64,000 nt of DNA from NCBI GenBank assembly GCA_016926395.1, contig JAFGOT010000014.1, positions 24,556 through 88,555 on the forward strand, in the 5' to 3' direction. The stretch is from Candidatus Woesearchaeota archaeon. Its GTDB lineage: Archaea > Nanobdellota > Nanobdellia > Woesearchaeales > SKGA01. A program made the translations under genes and the position numbers. Below are positions 10,298 to 19,389 of the stretch, piece after piece (the first letter of the stretch is position 1; each line of letters opens with the position of its first letter). The notes beneath the pieces were generated by a model that was not told where the DNA came from, made no database searches, and was given only the letters and a program-made list of their open reading frames with translations.

Positions 10298-10585
10298 TGT
10301 AATACTTGTAAAATCAGAGGAGATTTATAAATATGGGGGTTTGAATGCTTTTTATTGTTCGTATATGTTGAATTCTATTGAGCTTGTTATGAAGCTTATT
10401 CTTGTTATTATCAATGAATATTCTTTATTCTCTATTTTGAATGTTGTTGAATCTCCCACATAAACTTCGCTAAAATTTTTTTCTAGATTGAAGTTTATTT
10501 TCGCTTGTTGATTAACATTAACATCAATAAGTCCCAATATGAATTTTCCATTAAATAGTGTTTTGCTATTGCCTTTTGTTATGAT

Positions 10586-10840
10586 TCATGGTTCGTTGTT
10601 TGGGACTCTTAGTTCACTTATTTGTTTAATTTCTTTTTCTTCAGTTATATTTTCTTCTAATAGTGTTTGTGTTATGATGTTACCGGTGTTAATTGAGTTG
10701 TTAATTCCATTAATAATTATTTGATTGTTTTCGTTATTTGTTGTTTTTCCTATGTTGCTATTCATTAATCCTATTATTGCTGCTATAAAGAGGATGATTG
10801 CTGTAATAAGACTTATTGTTTTTGTTGTTTTTATTTTCAC
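10586..10840 (-). CDS. small Asn-rich membrane-anchored/secreted protein
   Basis: N-terminal hydrophobic helix, then N/I/T-rich region. Confidence 0.3.
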   Translation of the reverse strand: MKIKTTKTISLITAIILFIAAIIGLMNSNIGKTTNNENNQIIINGINNSINTGNIITQTLLEENITEEKEIKQISELRVPNNEP

Positions 10841-10859
10841 TTTTGTTTTTTCCTATTCT

Positions 10860-11162
10860 TTATTTTTTACTTAATGCCGAAAGTAACCAAATAAGTCCTA
10901 ATCCTATTAATGCTCCTTGACTAACTTTTAACTTTGCAGATTGTTCTGCTAATTCTCGTTGCATGTTGTTGTTCATCTGAACGTATTTTACTCGTTCGTT
11001 TCTTTCTTGTTCTAGTTGTTGGTTCGCTTTATGCGCTTCTTGGTCGCTAGTTAAAAGAATTTTTAGCAGTTCTGGTTGGTTTTTTAGTTCGTCAATAACT
11101 TTTTGAGGGTCTTTCTCAAAATGTTCCATTAATTGTTTTCTTAATTCATTTGTTAATGTCAT
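10860..11162 (-). CDS. coiled-coil protein with C-terminal TM anchor
   Basis: Charged helical sequence ending in GALIGLGLIWLLSALSKK. Confidence 0.35.
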   Translation of the reverse strand: MTLTNELRKQLMEHFEKDPQKVIDELKNQPELLKILLTSDQEAHKANQQLEQERNERVKYVQMNNNMQRELAEQSAKLKVSQGALIGLGLIWLLSALSKK

Positions 11163-11634
11163 ATTTGATATATTTGTTTATTATTTTATAAATTTTTCTG
11201 TTTATGTTTATAAATAAATTAAAATTTGAGAATGAATTGGGTAAATTGAGAAAATTTTCAGGACACCTTTTTTGGTGTTTAATGGGCGTGTCTGGTGTAA
11301 TGTTCGTGGTAGTTTAATTAAGCTGAGCTGTTGGCTAAAAGTCCATCTCTAATCTCATTCTATCGAAACGATATTAATGCTTAACTAATTTATTTTGTTT
11401 TATTTTTAGTTCCTGGAGTTTTTCGCTTTGGTTCGTATCTTTTTTCGTGTTCTTGTTTACTTTGTCTTTTTCGATCTCGAGGACCTTTTTTTGTTAAATC
11501 ATCTGGCATTTTTTATCACCAGTTTATTTTGGTCATTTTTTTGATTTAAACTTTATTCTTGTTTTAGGATATTTTTCATTGGTTATCCCAAACTCTAAAT
11601 AAAGTATTTAAATTGGATTTTCCCTATTTTATTT

Positions 11635-12984
11635 ATGGATGTTCCTTTAGTGCAAATAAGTCCTGACTTAATTTCTTTTGACCCTCAAAATCCCCGGTCA
11701 GAATCTTCTGAGAAAATAGAGACGGATTATAAATTCACTCAACTTAAAAAATCAATTGAGTTATTTGGTGTTTTTGTTCCTCTAATTGTAAGACAAGTAA
11801 AATCAAAAACAAAACCTTATCGTTTGGTTGATGGAGAAAGACGTTTGAGAGCTGCTTTAGCATGTAACAAGCCCTTTGTTCCTGTTCACATAATTGATGG
11901 TAATGGTGAGCGGGCTAAGGTTTTGGCTTATCAAATACATATGAACAGAAAAGATTGGACCAAATTAGCGGAACTAAAATCAATAAAGGATATTGTTCAT
12001 GAAATAAAACTTAAGAATGATGATGATGATTTTGTTCGTAAAGAGCTTTGTGATAAAACCAGCATGGACTTAGCTCATGCTACTGATATTTTAACAATTT
12101 TGAAGTATGATTCTGAAACTATAAAAAAAGTTGAAGAGGGTTTAATTTATAGAAGTTATTTTATAGAATTAGAACGTTATTTTATACCTGCTTTAAAAAC
12201 TGATTTTCTTTCTTTGTATAACCATTATGGAGAAAAGAGATTAAGGAAGATTTTATCAAAAAAAGCTGAAGAAATAAAATTGGGAAAAACAAGTTTTTTA
12301 AGAAATAATTTTATTAAACCTTATTTTGAAAATATTATTGACAAGCCTAAGTTGAGGCGTGTTATTAAAGATTTTCTTGATAATCCTGATCGTGATTTAC
12401 GAGATAGTGTTAAGAAATTGGAACGTCGATCAAGTAAAGTTAAGAAAGCTTCTAAGAAAAAGTCTTCTAAACAAAGACCGGTTGTTGATGTTATTGAGGT
12501 TCCAGATGAAATTGACCACTTAGTCAAGCTTTTCGATATTGAGAAGCTCTTAATTTCTTCTAATGTTTTTGATTCTATATTTAATAATTTAAAACAAGCC
12601 ATTGTCGAATTTGAAAGGAGAACAGGATATTTAGTGACTAATGAAATAAAACTTCAAAATGTTATTTACACTGTTTTAAGATCTTTGTTTAAGTCAACAG
12701 AGTTTGAGAATCCTACTGGTAAAGTTTGTTCTACAAGCAGTAAAGTAGATTTTATTTTAAAAAAGCATGGCATTGTAATAGAGATTAAGTATGTTAGAGA
12801 TCGTCGTCATGCTAAAAATATTCATGATGAATTAGCTATTGATTATGCCAGATATAGGCTTTCTCCTGATTGTAATAAAATAATTAATTATGTTTATGAC
12901 CCAAATAATTTTATTACCAATCCTGATTTGACTGTTTCGGAATTGAAAAAGTCTCTTCCGGAAGCTAATCATTATGTTCAGTAG
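11635..12984 (+). CDS. ParB/Srx-domain protein fused to C-terminal PD-(D/E)xK-like putative nuclease domain
   Basis: N-terminal FDPQNPR...FGVFVPLIV...YRLVDGERRLRAA is the canonical ParB N-domain. The C-terminal ~100 aa has ..KVDFILKK..IVIEIKYV.. (D...E.K spacing of the restriction-endonuclease fold). Confidence 0.6.
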   Translation: MDVPLVQISPDLISFDPQNPRSESSEKIETDYKFTQLKKSIELFGVFVPLIVRQVKSKTKPYRLVDGERRLRAALACNKPFVPVHIIDGNGERAKVLAYQIHMNRKDWTKLAELKSIKDIVHEIKLKNDDDDFVRKELCDKTSMDLAHATDILTILKYDSETIKKVEEGLIYRSYFIELERYFIPALKTDFLSLYNHYGEKRLRKILSKKAEEIKLGKTSFLRNNFIKPYFENIIDKPKLRRVIKDFLDNPDRDLRDSVKKLERRSSKVKKASKKKSSKQRPVVDVIEVPDEIDHLVKLFDIEKLLISSNVFDSIFNNLKQAIVEFERRTGYLVTNEIKLQNVIYTVLRSLFKSTEFENPTGKVCSTSSKVDFILKKHGIVIEIKYVRDRRHAKNIHDELAIDYARYRLSPDCNKIINYVYDPNNFITNPDLTVSELKKSLPEANHYVQ

Positions 12985-12992
12985 TTATTAAA

Positions 12993-14123
12993 ATGAAAAA
13001 CATTCTTTTAGTCGAACCTGATTTTCCTGTTTCTAAGAAAAGTAAGAATCATTCTAATTTTCTTCCTATTGGTCTACTTAAATTAGCATCTTATCATCGT
13101 AAGCAAGGCAATAAAGCAAAACTTATTCGAGGTTTGAAAAAAGCACATTTTACGCCTGATAGAATTTTGATAACTTCTTTGTTTACTTATTGGTCTGATT
13201 ATGTTAGAGATGCAGTGCAATTTTACAAACAAGCTTATCCTTCTGCTAAAGTCGAAGTTGGTGGAATTTATGCAAGTTTAATGCCGAAGCATTGCAAATA
13301 TTTTACTGGTTGCGATAAAGTTGTTGTTGGTCAATTAAAAATGGCAGATAAGTGTAAACCTGCTTATGATTTAGTTAATGTTGATTATCAAATTATTCAT
13401 GGGATGAGAGGTTGTATTAGACAGTGTTCTTTTTGTGGTATTTGGAGACTTGAAAAGAACTCTTTCAAAACTGCAGAAGAAATTAAAAAAGAGATTTGTT
13501 TTAATAAGTTAGTTTTTTATGATAATAATATGTTAGTTAATCCTCATATTGAAGAAATTCTTGAAATGTTAGCAACAACAACTTATAATGGTAAAGTTCT
13601 TAATTGTGAGTGTCAAAGTGGTTTTGATGGTAGAATTCTTGCCGAAAAACCTCATTTGGCAGAATTATTAAAAAAAGCTAGATTTAAAGATATTCGTTTG
13701 GCTTGGGATTGGGGTGTTAAAACTTATCCGGTTGTTGAAAAGTGGTTAACTATTCTTGATAATGCTGGTTTTAGTAGAAAATCGGTTTTCTTATTTATGA
13801 TTTATAATTGGGATTTTAAATTTGAAGAAATGGAAGAAAAAAGAAAAAAATGCTATGAATGGGGGGTGCAAATTGCTGATTGTAGGTTTAGACCCCTTAA
13901 TCAATTATTTGACAGATATAATGGTCGTATAAAACAAACAAATATTGATTATTTTATTCATAAATATTGGACCGATTATCAAGTAAAGAGATTTAGAAAG
14001 AATGTTCGTTTGCAAAATATTTGTATACGTTATAACATTCCTATTGAAAATTATCGAAAGGAGTTGGAGGGTACTCGCTCTTCTTCAAAAAAATTAGTTG
14101 AATTTGGTTCTATGGTTTCTTAG
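12993..14123 (+). CDS. B12-binding-domain radical SAM enzyme
   Basis: N-terminal LLVEPDF...PIGLLKLASY cobalamin-binding-like Rossmann segment; CIRQCSFC = CxxxCxxC radical SAM cluster motif; starts 8 nt after the ParB-fusion gene. Confidence 0.7.
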   Translation: MKNILLVEPDFPVSKKSKNHSNFLPIGLLKLASYHRKQGNKAKLIRGLKKAHFTPDRILITSLFTYWSDYVRDAVQFYKQAYPSAKVEVGGIYASLMPKHCKYFTGCDKVVVGQLKMADKCKPAYDLVNVDYQIIHGMRGCIRQCSFCGIWRLEKNSFKTAEEIKKEICFNKLVFYDNNMLVNPHIEEILEMLATTTYNGKVLNCECQSGFDGRILAEKPHLAELLKKARFKDIRLAWDWGVKTYPVVEKWLTILDNAGFSRKSVFLFMIYNWDFKFEEMEEKRKKCYEWGVQIADCRFRPLNQLFDRYNGRIKQTNIDYFIHKYWTDYQVKRFRKNVRLQNICIRYNIPIENYRKELEGTRSSSKKLVEFGSMVS

Positions 14124-14181
14124 AGTGTGCACTGGTCAGTTGATGATCCATTTTTTAAGTTTTAATCTTACTATCTTTGTT

Positions 14182-14388
14182 ATGAGTCGATATATTATTC
14201 TCGAAATTGGTAAGTCCGCATATACTGAGTTTAAGAAAAAATCAGGAGATTTTGAAGAAACTTGTGATGCTATTCTTGTTGATGATTTGGATGCTGATTC
14301 AAAAGAAGATGCTTATAATCAAATGTTTTCAAAAGAAGAGCATTCTGATAAAGATTTTGACCAATTAGTTGTTCTTGAGGTTGTTTGA
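14182..14388 (+). CDS. small acidic hypothetical protein
   Basis: Second in-frame Met of ORF 14098-14388; the upstream part overlaps the radical SAM 3' end and is probably not coding. Confidence 0.3.
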   Translation: MSRYIILEIGKSAYTEFKKKSGDFEETCDAILVDDLDADSKEDAYNQMFSKEEHSDKDFDQLVVLEVV

Positions 14389-14430
14389 TATTCTAAACAT
14401 TTATTAACTAACGAGTCAAATTTTTATTTT

Positions 14431-15200
14431 ATGGATTTGCATATGTTTCAGCAATCAGTCTTGGATTCATATACTAGTAATTCTCAAAAAGCTCGAGTAT
14501 TAACGGAAAATTGGTTTGCTTCTCAAATGTACTGTCCTTGTTGTTTGAAACCTAAGATTTCTGTTTACAATAATAATAAAAAAGTAAGTGACTTTTTTTG
14601 TGATTCTTGTAGAAATGATTTTCAATTAAAAAGTTCTAAAAACCGTTCGGGCGTAAAGTTTTAGATGGGGAGTATAATACTATGATTTCTGCTGTTGATT
14701 CGGGTTCATCTCCTAGCTTTTTTATTCTTCACTACTCTTCCGAGGATTGGGTGGTTAAATCACTTTCTTTGATTCCTAAATTTTTTGTAACACATTCGAT
14801 GATTGAAAAACGAAAACCTTTGTCTTCTACTGCTAGAAGAGCGGGTTGGACTGGTTGTAATTTTTTGTTAGACAAACTTCCTTTAGAGGGGAATATTCCT
14901 ATTGTTATTAACGAGAAAATTCAAGATAAAACAAAAGTTAATGCACTTTGGAATAAAATGTTTTTTATGAATTCTAAGAGACCTTCTTTTAGGGGTTGGA
15001 CTTCTGATGTGCTGAAAGTTGTTCAAGAACAAGATTCGTCCTTTTCTTTATCCGACATTTATTTGTATGACTCCTACTTTAAAGAATTACATCCTGAAAA
15101 TAATAATATTAGAGCGAAGATAAGGCAACAGTTACAAATTCTTAGAGATAATAAAATTATTAGATTTAAAGGAAATGGTATTTATGAGAAATTAAAATAA
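14431..15200 (+). pseudogene. DpnI-like (Dam-replacing family) methyl-directed Type IIM restriction endonuclease, split by 1-nt frameshift in A5 run
   Basis: The two ORFs (77 aa + 172 aa) collinearly match the recalled DpnI sequence: YTSNSQKARVLTENW, CPCC, SDFFCDSCRNDFQLKS, then KPLSSTARRAGWTGCN and KIRQQLQILRDNKIIRFKGNGIYEKL. Frame switches at aaaaa 14638-14642; an A6 there would restore SKKPFGRKVLDGEY in one frame. Confidence 0.8.
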
Positions 15201-15205
15201 TGTTT

Positions 15206-15820
15206 TTAATCAAATAATCCTTTTATTCCGCTAACAATATCTTTACCAACATCTGAAATTGTGTCTACAACATTGTTTACAACTTGTTTTACACTTTCGA
15301 CAGCTTCTTTTACTTCTTCAACAATAAAATTTCTGACTATTTCTGTTAGTTCAATTTGTTGAGAAAAATGTTTTTTGATAAGAATTGGTTTTTCCATTAT
15401 TATTATGTCGCCTTCCAGAGTTGCATAAGTTTTCTTCATAGTAATAAGGTTTTTGGCAACTTCACTGCTCATGTGCCAATCTAATCTTTGACTAACTTTT
15501 ATTATTGTCATATCCCGAGGTCTTAATGTTGTTTTACCTATTTCTCCTTCTGAACGATATTCATTAAAACTCACTGAATAGTCAACTCTTTTAGCAGATA
15601 TTCTAAAAATGCTTGGATTGTAAACATAAACATCAGCATGAATTGTGAAGCCATCTAGAGAAACGTCTGTTATGTCTGTTATTTCCGTATTCTTAACTTC
15701 TATATTTTTTATTGATTGAATGTAAAATATTCCAAAACTAATTAAGATAATAGTTATTGGTATTAAAATACTAAAAATTATTGTTGTTGTTTTACTCATC
15801 GGACATAAATCTCCAACCAC
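15206..15820 (-). CDS. membrane-anchored LEA_2/WHy (NDR1/HIN1-like) domain protein
   Basis: N-terminal TM then beta-rich domain with the NPS/NPN motif region (VYVYNPSIFRISAKRVDYSV). Confidence 0.4.
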   Translation of the reverse strand: MVGDLCPMSKTTTIIFSILIPITIILISFGIFYIQSIKNIEVKNTEITDITDVSLDGFTIHADVYVYNPSIFRISAKRVDYSVSFNEYRSEGEIGKTTLRPRDMTIIKVSQRLDWHMSSEVAKNLITMKKTYATLEGDIIIMEKPILIKKHFSQQIELTEIVRNFIVEEVKEAVESVKQVVNNVVDTISDVGKDIVSGIKGLFD

Positions 15821-16538
15821 TATTTTTTGGCTCTAGTTCTGCGTATAGTTCTTGTCCCCACTCTTGGATATCCGTAAATGCTAAACCCGCATTTTTGTAA
15901 ACCCAGTCAATTTCTTCAGAGATTTTTTTTACTGCTTGTTTATCATCTGTTTTTATTGCTGATTCATAACTATTGGAGAAACCATTATTTGTGAAATTTA
16001 TCGAACCTAGAAATGCGTGTTCATTATCTATGACATAAACTTTAGAATGAATTAAATATCCTCGCCCTCCATTTTCATCTTCTCTACTACTAAATATTTT
16101 TAGTTTGAATATTGGTTTGTATTTGTATTCGTTTGTTCTCATAGTAAAGAATATTATTGCTGATATTATTGCTCCTAAAACTAGAATTAATAATGCTGGT
16201 GCTGCGAAAGATAAAAATAACATAAACATACCTATTCCTGAGCTTATCCAGAATCCGTTTTTTCGAGTTTGAACTTTTTGGTCATGGATGATTTGTTCTT
16301 GTTCTATAATTTCTGTAGGATCAAAACTATTATCTCTGTTATTTGCAAGATTATCAGATGTTATTAATGTAATTTTAACCCCTTTTTTGTGGAGTTTAAT
16401 TAATTCTCTTATATAATTTGTCGACAAATATGGAGAAACTATTTTAACTTCTTTTTTGGCTCTTTGTATTACATTGAGGCAATGAGAACCCGCGTCTCGA
16501 CCTAAGAAGATTGAACAGTTGGCTTTGTTTATGAACAT
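15792..16538 (-). CDS. phospholipase D/HKD-family protein (Nuc-like) with internal TM hairpin
   Basis: HSKVYVIDNEHAFLGSINFTNNG = HxK(x)4D(x)6GSxN; single HKD motif; two hydrophobic helices mid-protein. Confidence 0.6.
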   Translation of the reverse strand: MFINKANCSIFLGRDAGSHCLNVIQRAKKEVKIVSPYLSTNYIRELIKLHKKGVKITLITSDNLANNRDNSFDPTEIIEQEQIIHDQKVQTRKNGFWISSGIGMFMLFLSFAAPALLILVLGAIISAIIFFTMRTNEYKYKPIFKLKIFSSREDENGGRGYLIHSKVYVIDNEHAFLGSINFTNNGFSNSYESAIKTDDKQAVKKISEEIDWVYKNAGLAFTDIQEWGQELYAELEPKNSGWRFMSDE

Positions 16539-16595
16539 ATGTGAACTTTTGACTTTTCCTTATTTAAGGTTTTTGTTCAGAATGGGATAACCCCT

Positions 16596-17090
16596 TTAAT
16601 AATCATCATCGGGGTAGAAGTCATCATCGTCTTGGAATTTGTTTAATCTGAAATTGTTAATCTTTGGGATTATTGGAGGGATTATTGGTGGTAGTGGTTT
16701 GTTAAACGAGCTGTTGAATTTGTTATTAAATCCATCATCATAATCATCATCGAACTGTTTATTTCCAAAATTAGTATTTATTGGTGGGATGTATGGTTTA
16801 TTGTATGAGCTGTTAAATGAATCATGTAGATCTCTTCGTCTGTCTTCTTCCATTCTGTCAAACATTTCTTGTTGTTGTATTCTTTGTTCTTCTTTTCTGT
16901 CTAGTTCTCTTTGTCTTGCTTTTTCTTGTTGACCTTTAACTAAATTATCGTATTCTCTGCAGGCTCCTTCCCATTGTTTAATAAAAAAATAACTACCTGC
17001 GCCTGTTCCTGGATGTCTTCCTGGTCCGCTTCTAAGAAGATTTCTTTGATATGGTGTCAAACCATCATCGTCATCATCAAAATAGCTCAT
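16596..17090 (-). CDS. hypothetical low-complexity protein with poly-Asp termini
   Basis: Long ORF, DDDDD at both ends, Q/E/R-rich core, PPIIPPIIP repeat. Confidence 0.3.
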   Translation of the reverse strand: MSYFDDDDDGLTPYQRNLLRSGPGRHPGTGAGSYFFIKQWEGACREYDNLVKGQQEKARQRELDRKEEQRIQQQEMFDRMEEDRRRDLHDSFNSSYNKPYIPPINTNFGNKQFDDDYDDGFNNKFNSSFNKPLPPIIPPIIPKINNFRLNKFQDDDDFYPDDDY

Positions 17091-17132
17091 AATAGACCTA
17101 TTTGGTTTAGAATTTATAATATTTGTGTCTTT

Positions 17133-19343
17133 TTAAGGCTGATACTTAAGCTCTTTCTTTGTGCCTGAGGCTTTGTTTGCTTTCTTCTTTTTCTCTATTT
17201 CTTTTGAGAAGTCGTGATTTTCATAATCTGGATACTTTGGCTCTTTTGTGCTTAGTCTTAATGCAATTTTTTTTATTGTGGATATTATTATTTTAAGAAT
17301 AATTATAATCATAATTACTAAACTCACAACAGATATTATGGTTGCAACTTCCATTGTTGAATCATTCTCGTCAAGTCCTAAAACTCTAGCAATAAACTTT
17401 GTGACTTTTGCGTTGACTACGTTTGTTGCAACCATTGCCTTTTGAACTGGTGTTAAGTTAACGAGCTTTGTGGTTTCTACTGCCTCAATTACTTGTCGCT
17501 CTCCATAACTATCAGTGTATTCTATTTCTATTACTATGTCATTTTCATTAAAACCAAGATTACTTCCTGCTAATGTAAATTCAAACTGTTTGTTTTCATC
17601 AAAAACAGGAAAATTCCATTCTTGAATAAATAGAGGATGTTTAACTCTAACAATCGCATCCTTAGCCGAAGCAAATGATTCTTTATTTACTTGAATTGTT
17701 AATGCTTTTTGATCTTTAAATCCTATTGTGTCATCAATGCTAACATTTCCTATACTCAGTTTTGCATTATCAATTGCTTTAAATGTTACATAAATATCTG
17801 CGCTAGTGCCTTTTTTGGTTTGGGTTAAAGTTAATGTTCTAACACCTATTTTCTCAGCACTATAAGTAAATGTAACTTCATCATTTAGGTTTTCGATCTT
17901 TTTACAATTAACATCAAGACAGACACGAAGTGGAAGCTGTGCATCAAGGAAAGGAGAGCAGGTTATTTCAATAGTATCATTAATCATAACTTGACCAGGA
18001 GAAGAACAATAAACTTCAACAGGAATTTTTTGGTCTTCACTGATTAAAAATTGACTCATATAATTCTTGCCATAAATTTCTCCTCTATCAAGAACGGTAA
18101 CTTTTGTCGTTGCTGGTCCTCCTTCAACATATGCTGTGAACGGATATGTATAAATCATGTATGGGTCAAGATTAGAGCTTGACTTGATTAAGAAAGGTAT
18201 TGTCTTAACCTCATATGGTTCTAAAAAAATAAATTGTGTAAGTGGTCCTTCTTGTTCTATTTCTAAAGTGTTGGCCATCTGAACAAATTCAACAATATAA
18301 TGGTTGGCAGTATTTTTAATCTCTAAATAAATAACATCATATGATCCAAAACCAATTGCTTCCTCTTCAGCATAAAGACGAGTCTTTGTAGCTTTATCTT
18401 TGAAAGGTCCTGTTTTTATAACGTCTGTTGCGAATTCTAAACTTCCTGTGTTAACATCGTATGTGTCTTGTTGACCTTTATGAGAATACTTTATGCTATT
18501 GCTTGAACCATCAACATCTTTACGAAGAGAAATGTGACTTGCATCAACATAACCTAACTGTCTATATGTGATATCAAATGGAACCCAACCAACATCGGGG
18601 AAATAAACTTCAGCCCAACCATGATTGCCCCAAGGATAATCAAACAAATCAGAATCAGTATATGCGACGCCTGAAACGAAACGAGCAGGAACGCCAAGTT
18701 CTCTGTTAAACGAGATGAACAAATTAGTTATTTCATCACAAACACCCCGTCTCTCTTTCATAACCCACGAAGAAGGTTCATTAGCATCGGCAGTTACTGA
18801 ACTAAGATTGTATTGAATGTTATCTTCAACCCAAGTTGCAAGAAAAAACTCAAGCTCAAACAAATCATCGATTCCATTTGCTAGATTACTTGCTTGTTGT
18901 CGGATATCATTATTAGAATCAATACTTTCTGTGAACTCAGTATATTTAGCAACATCATTAGGGATGTCGGTTATTGGAAAAGGTATTTTTTTAGTTATTG
19001 GAGTTCTTGTTCCTTGAGTTTGAATTACAGATTCAATATTAAAACCAATATAGTTCTTAGAATAACCCTCTTCTCTAAATGTTATTTTGTCATCTTCAAT
19101 TTTATATGGTGTTGGTTTGAATGCAGAAGAAATAACTTCCTGACGATACGTATTTTGAGGAACTAAATAAAGAGTAGAATCAAAATATTCCATAACAACA
19201 GGAATTTTAAGAGGAATGATGTTGATATCATTTTCAATAGTCTGCTTTAAGGTCATAGACTCATATTGAGTATATTCATTAGCACTTGCTAGAGAAATCA
19301 ATAGTAAGAATATAATAAAAATAAACAAACCTCTTTTCATCAA
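17133..19343 (-). CDS. large secreted transglutaminase-like cysteine protease-fold protein with C-terminal TM anchor
   Basis: Signal peptide MMKRGLFIFIIFLLLISLASA; transglutaminase core ERRGVCDE...GNHGWAEVYFPDVGWVPFD (Cys-His-Asp); C-terminal TM plus Lys-rich tail. Confidence 0.7.
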   Translation of the reverse strand: MMKRGLFIFIIFLLLISLASANEYTQYESMTLKQTIENDINIIPLKIPVVMEYFDSTLYLVPQNTYRQEVISSAFKPTPYKIEDDKITFREEGYSKNYIGFNIESVIQTQGTRTPITKKIPFPITDIPNDVAKYTEFTESIDSNNDIRQQASNLANGIDDLFELEFFLATWVEDNIQYNLSSVTADANEPSSWVMKERRGVCDEITNLFISFNRELGVPARFVSGVAYTDSDLFDYPWGNHGWAEVYFPDVGWVPFDITYRQLGYVDASHISLRKDVDGSSNSIKYSHKGQQDTYDVNTGSLEFATDVIKTGPFKDKATKTRLYAEEEAIGFGSYDVIYLEIKNTANHYIVEFVQMANTLEIEQEGPLTQFIFLEPYEVKTIPFLIKSSSNLDPYMIYTYPFTAYVEGGPATTKVTVLDRGEIYGKNYMSQFLISEDQKIPVEVYCSSPGQVMINDTIEITCSPFLDAQLPLRVCLDVNCKKIENLNDEVTFTYSAEKIGVRTLTLTQTKKGTSADIYVTFKAIDNAKLSIGNVSIDDTIGFKDQKALTIQVNKESFASAKDAIVRVKHPLFIQEWNFPVFDENKQFEFTLAGSNLGFNENDIVIEIEYTDSYGERQVIEAVETTKLVNLTPVQKAMVATNVVNAKVTKFIARVLGLDENDSTMEVATIISVVSLVIMIIIILKIIISTIKKIALRLSTKEPKYPDYENHDFSKEIEKKKKANKASGTKKELKYQP

Positions 19344-19389
19344 TCAAAAAAGAGGGATTTGACTTTAAAAACCTTATGTTAAACCAGTT

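Noticed and set aside
10352-10537. 61-aa ORF between serS and the small membrane protein
   Set aside because: Possible, but it has no motif, start context or conservation evidence, so it was not called.
14098-14181. N-terminal 28 codons of ORF 14098-14388
   Set aside because: They overlap the 3' end of the radical SAM gene in another frame and are hydrophobic nonsense. A start at the internal Met (14182) is more plausible.
14638-14642. Programmed ribosomal frameshift in the DpnI-like gene or the permease gene
   Set aside because: Neither site has a slippery heptamer followed by a structure, and the two sites need opposite corrections (+1 and -1). An indel (sequencing error, or mutation at a homopolymer) is the simpler explanation.
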